NCBI GenBank assembly: GCA_031082125.1
Contig: JAVHLM010000029.1
Span: forward strand, 1,478-65,477
Reading direction: 5' to 3'
Length of the DNA stretch: 64,000 nucleotides
DNA from: Vulcanimicrobiota bacterium
Lineage (GTDB): Bacteria; Vulcanimicrobiota; CADAWZ01; Ess09-12
This document shows positions 48,201 to 57,700 of the stretch, one piece after another (position 1 is the stretch's first letter; every line of letters starts with the position of its first letter). The notes beneath the pieces are model-generated. The model was given only the letters and a program-made list of their open reading frames with translations. It was not told the origin of the DNA and did not search any database. The position numbers and the translations under genes are program-made.

Positions 48201-48786
48201 GTCGGGTGTCATGGTGAGAACTGGCGAATACGTGCACTGGATAGAGGAAAAGGGCCTCAAGGTGAAGGCCCATATCCCTGACTTCAGGAAAGGCCCCCCC
48301 ATGGAGCCCTGCTGGACCAGGCTTTCCGCCGACTCGCTCCAGGGCCTTTTCAAGCGCATTGAAGAGCTTGAGGCATCGGAGCTTGGCATCCTTATTGAAG
48401 GCACCAATGTATACGGCTTCCTGAAGGGAGAGGCCGGCACCCACAAGCTGGTGCTGCGCGGCGAAGAGCGCGGCTCCGTTGCGCCTTTCAGGACCGTTGC
48501 AGCAGCCGTTGACAGCCTTGATGACAAAGACTCGCCTGCCGACTTGCTCAATGCCCGTGAAGCGCTGAAGGGGAAGCGCGGCGAAAAGAAAAAGGGGCAG
48601 GATGTGCCCGATATCATAAGGATTTACTCCCCCCTGGGGGATCGCTTTGTCCGCGATGTCCGCACCGGCGTGCGCACCACGCAGGTGAGCCAGGTTCTTG
48701 AAGGCTTCATTGACGAGTTCATCCTGGCCCACCTCAGGAGTCTCGAGGCCGGAGAAGCCTGGGATGTCGATGAGGATGCTCCTTAG
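45277..48786 (+). CDS. ClpA/B-type double AAA+ protein with C-terminal release factor (RF2)-like module lacking GGQ
   Basis: Walker A motifs GESGTGKT and GPTGVGKT, DMSEY, LLDEFEKAH, RPEFVNRLD and YGARPLKR. C-terminal MYLSWAGRKGY, YGFLKGEAGTHKLV and IRIY...VRDVRTG...VLEGFIDEFI. Confidence 0.9.
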   Translation: MKQKFRLFVQKHENGTYTVTLPGIHYVPVPIDDAVQPASSSLSSYGPILEEVKDDVRIALEKWLARVDPSHLAMLSNHRPGETLEKVEVELRPSDSRGKKRHDRVKLTVSLMVTPEEGSQLLVSAPKLASPPLSFYCYSMAELREAATREIAAYFSSFTLEEILPYCYQRQEFLDEIEVAFTPMKPFREKKEKEQDEGCFWALRGAGINLSARTRENRLLKAYGREREVNELMAVLSSERSSSVLLVGESGTGKTAVAHEVVRRITAEQCPPALRKRQVWHTSAGSLIAGCSYIGEWQEKVQNIVEEVKKKRHILHIDDIVGLLEAGRWSKSDENIGHFLKNYLADGTVVIIGETTPGRLSIGERYDPSFFSLFRIITMAEPDENSTLSILGNYAASLENDFRVRIRPSASEAALELTRRFQPYLSLPGKAVGLLERVASDAGKTGARERPEITRQFIVSAFARETGLPEFILSDHLTLEPKSIDKFFSEQIKGQGHAVGTIVDLVTVIKSGLNDPQKPMGCLFFVGPTGVGKTEMAKTLAEYLFGSRERLVRFDMSEYAEPFNVAKLIGSPHGDEEGELIRRIRLQPFSVVLLDEFEKAHGSIFDCMLQVLGEGRLTDAKGRTADFRSAIIIMTSNLGATAKEQRKPGLRRDSSMHSVEEHFRDQVEHFFRPEFVNRLDGIVVFHPLGRAAMEEVASRELAKLLEREGITRRSLLVEVDPSMMELLIEKGFSPHYGARPLKREIERSINVPLAHYLVSHRISSPYLIGVSCEDGRTVIHATALSEARQVVKQEEAPLSLSAATERKMQISELVEGFAEIRLRLHRWLQSDNVERIRIEWKRLLAETRKKEFRSDGREGMKAFERIYQLERLTKRLEQLADRASYLEEFATLTKRQRDARYGADLAQNYTDLCRDADFLEIELLCAHLSESGRALMHLSAIGQAVRGERSARERAEWVAALAKMYLSWAGRKGYESGVMVRTGEYVHWIEEKGLKVKAHIPDFRKGPPMEPCWTRLSADSLQGLFKRIEELEASELGILIEGTNVYGFLKGEAGTHKLVLRGEERGSVAPFRTVAAAVDSLDDKDSPADLLNAREALKGKRGEKKKGQDVPDIIRIYSPLGDRFVRDVRTGVRTTQVSQVLEGFIDEFILAHLRSLEAGEAWDVDEDAP

Positions 48787-49553
48787 TCTTCGTCTATCTC
48801 GTCAACGTTGTCTCCGCCGGACTCCTCTTCCTCTGCAGGCTCCTCTGCGCCGATCTCTTCATCAACCTCCCTCTCAATATCTTCCACCGAGGGGGGCCCG
48901 GGCCTCTCATCTTCATCCTCTGTGAGCCCGCTGTGCCTGTCGAGATCTTTTTCATCTGAAGAAGGAGAATCCGGTTCAGGGGACTCCTCCTTGCAGCGGG
49001 ATTCATAGAAGTGAAGAGCTGTCTTCCCCACGAGCTGCACGCTTCCATAGTTGAGTGCGCCGCCGGCCAGGGTGGTGAGGAACGGCGCCATCCGTGATGC
49101 CGACTTCCTGGCGAGGGAAGTCACCACTTTCCTTATGAGCATCTTTACGAGTCTTCTTGTGACATGGCCCTCAAGCATCTTCTTGATTCCGTAGGTGCCT
49201 GCCACGGCTCCCACAGAAGCCCCAAGGCAGCCGAGCACCTCCATGGCGCGCTCCCTGCCCGCAGGGTCAAAGCCGAAAAGGTAGGCTATCTTGAGAACCA
49301 TTCTGCTCTGGAGACCAAGAAGCATAATGAGATCCGGCGCCACAAGGATCATTGTCCAGGGCCAGGGGAACGCGGCGGTGGTCCCGCCGATGAGCCCGGC
49401 GAAAAAAGCGTCTTCCTCGATGACTTTAAGGCAGAGCTCATGAGTGGTGAGATCGGGGTGCTCATCGCGGAGCTCCCTCACCTTCAGCCTGACCTTTGCC
49501 GCGTCGATATCGCGGAAAAGCTTGTCCAAGAGGTCCATCCCGTTGTCTTCCAT
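48783..49553 (-). CDS. EcsC-like protein with acidic disordered tail
   Basis: AAGGAGG RBS; PDLIMLLGLQSRMVLKIAYLFGFD and PFLTTLAGGALNY are EcsC/DUF697-type helices; D/E-rich tail. Confidence 0.7.
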   Translation of the reverse strand: MEDNGMDLLDKLFRDIDAAKVRLKVRELRDEHPDLTTHELCLKVIEEDAFFAGLIGGTTAAFPWPWTMILVAPDLIMLLGLQSRMVLKIAYLFGFDPAGRERAMEVLGCLGASVGAVAGTYGIKKMLEGHVTRRLVKMLIRKVVTSLARKSASRMAPFLTTLAGGALNYGSVQLVGKTALHFYESRCKEESPEPDSPSSDEKDLDRHSGLTEDEDERPGPPSVEDIEREVDEEIGAEEPAEEEESGGDNVDEIDED

Positions 49554-49698
49554 CGTCGCTCCTCCTTATTTCCGGCCGTAGGTTACGGTCCTGGGTACTT
49601 ATCATTTCTCCCTGCTGCGGGGCCTTTCCTTTGAAAGGCTGCAAAAAATATTACAAAATCGCAACAATTTGGCAATACCTGCCTGCTATAATAAGGAT

Positions 49699-49806
49699 GA
49701 ACTGTGCGGGGAGCACAAGGCCAGCGACCAGGGGCTGGGGGCTGAAAGTGAAAGAGGGACAAATGACGTTCCCTTGGTCAGCCAGACCCTGATCACTGGC
49801 CTTTTC
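49699..49806 (+). ncRNA. candidate small structured RNA (unclassified)
   Basis: Extended -10 TGCTATAAT (49684-49692), small hairpin TGTGC-GGGGA-GCACA, then a long hairpin AAGGCCAG...CTGGCCTT ending in a T run. The strand is uncertain. Confidence 0.4.
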
Positions 49807-50041
49807 AATCTGCCTGCCTCCCTGAACCCCTCGACTCACCCTTAATTAATCTCTCCTCTCTTCTCTTGAACCTGCCAATCCATATATTCCAGAAGTCCAC
49901 AGGCGATATTTATCCCCCCCTGACCATGAAATACTCCCCTTCAAGAAGGGTTTTCCCCGGAGGTGGCGAAAAGATTCACCGCTTTGGGGAAATAAGAGAA
50001 AAGTATTTATTTTCCCCGGCATTTCTATTATAATAAAGAGA

Positions 50042-51754
50042 ATGAACATGAATGCACCCGGGCTGACTTTATCTGCTCACGAGGCGTCCAGGGTTTCTTC
50101 TGCGCGCGCTTTTCCCTATGTACAGGGCTCCCAGGCCGAGCTTTCTCCTCTTGGATGGTGGCACCGCGGCGACGCAGAGCTACGGAGGGGAGACGCCGCT
50201 CTGCGGGAAGCCCTGCTGAATGTGAGAAAGTCCTTTCTTCTCATTGCAGACGACGGGGGATTCTCAGTGACAAGGAAGGATCTAAGGGAATCATGCGCCC
50301 ATGGTGAAGATACCCTCGCCGTGGCGGCATATGTGCCTCCAAGCCACCCGGAACTGCTTGGAGATGCTGCGTTCATGGAGTTCCTCGGTATCCGCTATCC
50401 ATGCATTGCCGGCTCAATGGCCCATGGCATAAGCTCCGTTGAGATGGTTGAATCAATGGCTGCCGCGGGGATGCTGGGCTTTTTCGGTGCGGGCGGCGAG
50501 ACAGCGGCAAAGGTAGAGCAGGCCATAGACCGCCTCAGCGTTGCACCTGGCACCAGGCCATTCGGTTTCAACTTCATACACAGCCCCGGGGAGCCCGCCA
50601 TGGAAGAGGCCCTTGCAGACCTTTATCTCCGGCGCGGCATAAGGCTCATTGAGGCTTCGGCCTTCATGGACATCACGCCCGCCCTGGTGAGATACCGCGC
50701 AGCGGGACTGTCAGAAGGGCCTGACGGCTCCATAACAGTGGCAAACCGCATCATTGCAAAAGCCTCCCGGGCCGAGGTGGCCACGAGGTTTTTCTCGCCG
50801 CCTCCTCAGGCGGTGCTTGAAGAGCTTGTCTCATCGGGCCGCATCTCGGAAAAGCAGAAAGCCCTGGCAGCTGTGATCCCTTTGGCCGATGCCCTCACCG
50901 CCGAGGCTGATTCGGGTGGGCACACCGACAACAGGCCCCTCGTGACGCTCCTTCCCGCCATGTGCGCCCTCCGCGACGAGCTGCAGAAAAAATTCGGCTA
51001 CAGACAGAAGCTGCACGTGGGCGCAGCGGGAGGGATCTCCACTCCTGCTTCGGCTGCTGCCGCATTCACCATGGGAGCCGCATACATAATGACAGGCTCG
51101 GTGAACCAGTCCTGCATAGAATCCGGGACCTCCGAAGCCGTCCGGGACCTTCTCTCAAAGACAAGGCAGGCTGACATCACCATGGCCCCCTCGGCAGACA
51201 TGTTCGAGCTGGGGGTGAAAATACAGGCCATCAAGACAGGCACCATGTTTCCCATGAGGGCGGCAAAGCTTTACCAGCTCTACCAGACCTGCGCGAGCCT
51301 GGAGGAGATCCCGCCGAAAGAGCGGGAAACCATAGAAAAGAATTTCTTCCGGGCATCCTTTCAGGAAGTCTGGAATCAGACATGTGAGTACTTTCTCGAA
51401 CGGGACCCGGGCCAGATTGATCTCGCCGGGCAGAACGCCAGACACAAGATGGCGCTTCTCTTCAGGTACTATCTTGGACAGTCGGCACGGTGGGCAATCC
51501 TCGGTGAGCCTTCAAGGCAGCTGGACTACCAGATATGGTGCGGCCCCTCGATGGGAGCCTTCAATGAATGGGTGAAAGGCTCGCCGCTCGAGCATGTGAA
51601 GCGGCGCAAAGTTGCCCTTGTCGCCCTGAACCTGCTCCACGGAGCCGCTGTTGCCATGAGGCTTGCCCACCTGAGAAGCCAGGGTATCGACCTTTTCCAA
51701 GTGGGGAGCCCCAGGCCTCTTGAAGAAGAACAGCTTGCCAATTACCTGAGTTAA
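50042..51754 (+). CDS. pfaD: PUFA synthase enoyl reductase, PfaD family
   Basis: AGSMAHGI, NFIHSP, EASAFM, EADSGGHTDNRP, TGSVNQ, APSADMFELG and DYQIWCGPSMGAFN. Confidence 0.95.
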   Translation: MNMNAPGLTLSAHEASRVSSARAFPYVQGSQAELSPLGWWHRGDAELRRGDAALREALLNVRKSFLLIADDGGFSVTRKDLRESCAHGEDTLAVAAYVPPSHPELLGDAAFMEFLGIRYPCIAGSMAHGISSVEMVESMAAAGMLGFFGAGGETAAKVEQAIDRLSVAPGTRPFGFNFIHSPGEPAMEEALADLYLRRGIRLIEASAFMDITPALVRYRAAGLSEGPDGSITVANRIIAKASRAEVATRFFSPPPQAVLEELVSSGRISEKQKALAAVIPLADALTAEADSGGHTDNRPLVTLLPAMCALRDELQKKFGYRQKLHVGAAGGISTPASAAAAFTMGAAYIMTGSVNQSCIESGTSEAVRDLLSKTRQADITMAPSADMFELGVKIQAIKTGTMFPMRAAKLYQLYQTCASLEEIPPKERETIEKNFFRASFQEVWNQTCEYFLERDPGQIDLAGQNARHKMALLFRYYLGQSARWAILGEPSRQLDYQIWCGPSMGAFNEWVKGSPLEHVKRRKVALVALNLLHGAAVAMRLAHLRSQGIDLFQVGSPRPLEEEQLANYLS

Positions 51755-51765
51755 AGGAGAATACC

Positions 51766-54700
51766 TTGAAACGCGAATCGACGCTTACCCCCGCCCCCAT
51801 CGCAATCATAGGCATCGGCTGCGTATTTCCCAAGGCGGAGGACCTCCAGGAATACTGGTCCACCATAAAAAACGGAATTGACGCCATCACCGATATTCCT
51901 CCCACGCACTGGAGCGTGAATGACTATTTTGACGAGAATCCCAGGGTCCCCGACATGACTTACGGGAAAAAGGGCGGGTTCATATCGCCCATAGACTTTG
52001 ATCCCATGGAATTCGGCATCACGCCCAATTCCCTCGAGGCGACGGACACCTCGCAACTGCTGGGCCTGGTGGTGGCAAAGAGAGCCCTCGAGGATGCCGG
52101 GTACGGCAACGGCAAAGAGTTCAACAGGGAGCGCACAAGCGTTATCCTGGGTGTTACGGGGACCCTGGAGCTTGTGGTCCCCCTGGGTGCAAGGCTGGGC
52201 CACCCCATCTGGAGAAGGGCTCTCAGAGACGAGGGAGCTGACAGCGATCTCACCGAGCGCGTGGTGAAAAGAATTGCCGATTCCTACGTGGAATGGCAGG
52301 AAAGCTCTTTCCCCGGGCTCCTGGGAAACGTGGTGGCAGGGAGAATTGCCAACTACTTCAACCTGGGGGGGACAAACTGCGCGGTGGATGCCGCCTGCGC
52401 AAGCTCCCTCTCGGCTCTTCACCTGGCGGGGCTTGAGCTCTCATCAGGGAGAAGTGATATGGTCCTCACCGGGGGCGTTGACACCTTCAATGACATCTTC
52501 ATGTTCATGTGCTTCAGCAAAACCCCGGCCCTCTCACCCACGGGCAACGCGCGGCCTTTTGACTCTTCCTGTGACGGAACAGTCCTCGGCGAGGGCATCG
52601 GGATGATAGTGCTCAAGCGTTTTGAAGATGCGAAGAGGGACGGCGACAGGGTCTACGCCGTCATAAGAAGCATGGGGACCTCAAGCGACGGCAAGGGCGC
52701 CGCGGTGTTCGCCCCCCAGGCCGGCGGGCAGATAAGGGCGATGAGGGAGGCATACCGCATCTCTGGAATAGAGCCCCGCACCGTGGAGCTCATGGAAGCC
52801 CACGGAACAGGCACGAAGGTAGGAGACCTCACAGAGTTCACTTCCATTAATGCTGTCTTCAACGAGGGCGGAAGCGCCGGCGCCTGGTGCGCCCTCGGTT
52901 CCGTGAAGTCACAGATTGGCCATACGAAAGCTGCCGCAGGCATCGCAGGAATCATCAAGGCCGCAATGTCCCTTCACCACAAGGTGCTGCCTCCCACGAT
53001 CAAAGTGAAGAAACCCTTTGATGAGCTGCTTGCCCAGGGGACGCCCTTCTACCTGAACACGCAGAAGAGGCCCTGGATAGGCAGCACCTCCCATCCCAGG
53101 AGGGCCGCCGTGAGCTCCTTCGGCTTCGGCGGGAGCAATTTCCACTGCGTGCTGGAAGAGCCATCACCGGTGAAGCTCTCCACAGACTGGGACGGCCGTG
53201 TGCAGATTGCCGCCCTGTCGGCTTCTAGCCCCGGCGGGCTCGAAGCCTCCCTCGATGACTGGAAAGGCGGAATCTCATGGAGAGAGCTCTCTGAGAAATC
53301 CGAGGCCACACGGAAGACCTTCGACTTGAAAGAGCCCTGCAGGCTTCTGATGGTCTTTGAAAGAGAGGGCGCAGAGCCCCACAAGGTCGTCTCGAGCGCC
53401 CTCGTGATGCTTGGAAAGCACCCTGAAAGGAAAGCGTGGAACACGCCCGAGGGAGCATTCTACGGAAGCGGAGCCCCTTCGGGGAGGCTGGCGATCCTCT
53501 TCCCAGGGCAGGGCGCTCAGTATACAGGCATGCTCAGGGACCTCGCCTCGCAGTTCCCTGAAATGCTCGCTGTCCTGAGAGATGCCCATGAATCATTTGC
53601 CTCCCTGGCTCCCGAAGAATTGGGGGCGGGCCTCGTAAATTACCTCTATCCCCACCCTGCCTTCAGCGAAGAGGAGAAGCAGAGGCAGGAGCGGGAGCTC
53701 CGCGATACCCGCGTGGCGCAGCCCGCCCTCGGTGCCGTAAGCTACGGAGCCTGGAAAGTCCTGGAGCACTTCGGCATAAAGCCGGAAGCACTGGGCGGCC
53801 ACAGCTACGGCGAGCTTGTCTCCCTCTGCGTGGCAGGCTCAATCACCCCGGAAGAGCTCTACCATCTCTCCTCTCTCAGGGGGAGCCTGATGGTCGAGGG
53901 GAAGGACGACCTGGGCTCAATGCTCGCCGTGCAGCTCGAGGCGGGGCTCCTCTCTGACATCATTGAGAAGGAGCGCCTTGACCTGGTCATTGCCAACCAC
54001 AATGCCCCCCAGCAGGCGGTGCTCTCTGGAGCCACCGCTGAAATAGAGAGGGCAGCCGCTGTCATCACTGCAATGGGCATAAGGAATACAAAGCTTACGG
54101 TCTCCGCAGCCTTTCACAGTCCCCTCGTGGCCGATGCCCAGGCTCCTTTTGCCGCGGGGCTCGACAAGGTGCCTTTCAGGTGCTGCTCCATCCCGGTCTA
54201 TTCCAACACGACGGCCTGTCTGTACCCGGATGATCCCGGAAAGACCAGGGCCCTTCTTGTCGGCCACCTGGCAAAGCCCGTGCGCTTTGTTGATGAGATC
54301 CTGGCCATGTATGACTCCGGCGTGCGGACCTTCCTTGAAGTGGGGCCCTGCGCGAGGATGACAGGCCTCGTCAAGGCCATACTCAATGGCAGGGGTGACT
54401 TCGAGGCCTTTTCCATCGACGGGTCATCAGGGAAAAGGCACGGTACAGGCGACCTGGCCAGAGCCCTTGCTGCTCTTGCCGCAGGAGGGCATGCGGTGGA
54501 CCTTACCCTCTGGAACCCTCTCCAGAGAAACATCACAACCGTTGATCAGCAGAAGAAACGCATGACAATACCCCTCTGTGGGGCCAACTACGTGAATCCC
54601 GCCAAGAAGGCTGCAATTAGTGAGGAAGGAGCACCGGAGAGGAACAATGGCACAGAGGCCCCAAGGACTGCGGCGCCGAAGCCGGAGAGCAGCGAAAAGG

Positions 54701-57700
54701 CTTTCTCTGCCGACAGCCCCCGGAAACAGTCCATGGTGGAGCTGCTCAGGCTTACCCAGCAGAACATAAAAGCTCTCCAGCAGATACAGGAGCAGACGGC
54801 CCTCATGCACCAGCAGTTCCTCCAGAACCAGGACAAGGCCCTTCACACTTTCCAGCAGATAGCGGGGCAGCAGCAGCACCTGCTGCTGGCAGCCCTCGGC
54901 AGGGAAGCTTCAGCCGCACCGCTCCCGCTGCCGGAAATCAGAGAAGCAGCTCCGGTCCTGATGAAAGAGCCACCGCCTGCAGCATCTCAGGAGGCGGCTC
55001 CCGCGGGAGACTTCGGCAAGCTCCTGCTTGAAGTCATCTCCGAGAAAACAGGGTACCCCGTGGAAATGCTTGAGCCGGGCATGAGCCTTGATGCCGACCT
55101 GGGCATAGACTCCATCAAGCGAGTCGAGATATTCTCGGCCCTCAAGGAACGCTATCCCGCGATGCCCGGCCTGAGATCCGACGAGATGGCCCGGATGAAA
55201 ACACCGGGAGACATCATCAAGCACATGAGCACGAGCGGGAATCCCGGCACCCTCCGCCCTTTCGATAATCCCCGGGGCGGGGGTATTGCGGAAAGCCTGC
55301 TTTCCATCATTGCGGAAAAAACAGGCTACCCTGCCGAGATGCTGGACCTGGATATGAGCCTTGACAGCGATCTGGGCATAGACTCCATCAAGCGAGTCGA
55401 GATATTCTCGGCCCTCAGGGAAGCCCATCCAGACCTTCCGGCCATCAAGTCCGACGAGATGGCTGCATTGAAGAGCCTCAGGGAGATCGTGCTGTTCCTT
55501 GACGCCAGGAGCGTCACCTTTTCGCCGCCTCCCGTGCAGGAAAAGCCGGGAGAGCTCCTTGCTGCCCTTACCGACCTTATTGCGGAAAAAACAGGCTACC
55601 CTGCCGAGATGCTCGAGCCCTCAATGAGCCTCGAGGGAGACCTGGGAATAGACTCCATCAAGCGAGTCGAGATATTCTCGGCCCTCAGGGAGCGCTTCCC
55701 CTCAATGCCTGCCGTGAAATCCGACATGATGGCCCTGATGAAAACCCTGAGCGACATTGTGGCTTTCCTGGAAGGTGAAGCCCCCCGGGACGAAAAGCCG
55801 CTGCAAGGACCTGCCACGGAGATGCCCATGCCAGAGCCCCGCGAAGAAGGAGAAAAGCAGCTCAAGCGGCTTGTGCTCATCACGCAGATGCTCAACGGGG
55901 TCTCCGGAAGGGAAAAGCTCGCCTTGCAGGCCGGATCCGAAATCTGGGTCACCGATGACGGGTCGCCTTTTGCCTCGAGCCTCGCTGAGATTCTTGAGGC
56001 CATGGGATACAGGCCGCACGTCGAAAAAATTGAAACCTTGCTCCGCCAGGGTGCGCCCCCCTCTCTCGGAGGCCTCCTTATAATAGCCCCATCGGGCGCT
56101 ACAGAAAGCAATTTCCTCATGAAGGCCTTCAAGGTCCTTAAGGAAGCCTCTCCCGCTCTCAAGGAGAGCGCGCGGGAGAGGGGTTCATTCTTTGCCACCG
56201 TGTCCAGAATGGACGGCTGCTTCGGCCTGGGCGGCATGGACCTTAAGGGTGAGCCGCTCTCGGGAGGCCTGGCGGGCCTTACAAAGACTGTGCGCCATGA
56301 ATGGCCCCAGATCTGCTGCAAGGCTTTTGACGTGCCGGCGCACCTTCATTCCTCCAGGGAAGTTGCTTTGGAGCTCATCGAGGAGCTTTTCCTGAAGGGC
56401 CCGATTGAGGTGGGCATCTCTCCGAAGGGCCGCTGCACCCTGGAGCTTTCTCTCACAGGCCGCAACGGCACGGGCTGTGTCCCGCCCTTCTCCCGCGATG
56501 ACGTGGTTATCGTCACAGGCGGCGCGCGGGGCGTCACGGCTGAATGCGCCGTGCAGCTCATAAACCGCCTCTCCCATGATGAGAAACCAGCACTGGTGCT
56601 CCTGGGAAGAAGTCCCGAGCCGAAGCCTGAGCCTGAATGGCTCGGCGGGCTCACCGGCGATGCCGAGATCAAGAGAGCCCTCATGGTCCACAGTGGAGGA
56701 AAGGCCACGCCCGCCTCTATCCGCGAGGAGTACGGCAGGATCGAGGCGCAGAGGGAGATTGCCTCGACGCTCTCCCGGATAAGGGAAGCCGGCGGCAGGG
56801 TCTTCTACCGCTCAGTTGACATCAGGAATCCTGGGGAGCTCAGGGCAGCCGTGGAAGATATCCGCGCCACTGCAGGCCCCATAAGGGGGCTGGTCCATGG
56901 CGCCGGCGTCATTGCTGACAGGCTCATCGAGGACAAGACCGACGAGGAGTTTGAGCGCGTATACTCCACCAAGGTCGAAGGCCTCAGGAATCTCCTCGCC
57001 CTTCTCAGTGACGACGAGCTGAAGATCCTCGTGCTCTTCAGCTCATTCACCGGGAGGTTCGGCAGGGTCGGCCAGGCTGATTACGCCGTTGCCAACGAGG
57101 TGCTCAACAAGCTGGCGCTTTGGCAGTCAAGGCTGCGGCCGCGATGCCGCGTCGTGGCCCTCAACTGGGGTCCCTGGGACGGCGGCATGGTGACGACTTC
57201 CCTGAAGAAAATCTTTGAAAAAGAGGGGGTAGGCCTTATCGCCCTCGAGCAGGGCACGGAGATCTTCATCAGGGAGCTCTGTTCCTCACCTGATGCCCCC
57301 GTGGAAGTAGTGATACTGGGAAGCGACACCGGAACGGGCTGCGCTCCGGCCGAGTACACCACGGCTTTCGAGAGCCTCCTGACCATTGAAGCCTTTCCTT
57401 TCCTGAATTCCCATATTCTTGACGGGCAGGCCGTGCTCCCCGTGGCAATGATGCTCGAATGGCTCTCCCATGGCGCCCTCGTGGCAAATCCGGGTCTCAC
57501 CTTTTACGGGGCCGACAATCTTCGAGTGCTCAAAGGCCTCAGGATCATAAAATCGGAGTCCAGGACCATCAGGGTCGTCACGGGAAAAGCGAAGACCGCA
57601 GGAGATTTCTTCACTGTCACCGCAGAACTCCAGAGCGATGAAAAGGGCACCCCGCCGGTAATCCATGCCCGCGGTGAGATAGTGCTTGCGGCGAATATCC

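Noticed and set aside
47698-48786. Calling the RF-like region a prfB pseudogene or a frameshift-dependent RF2
   Set aside because: It is in one continuous frame with the AAA+ domains, I saw no CTT-TGA frameshift site, and the GGQ domain is cleanly replaced in frame.
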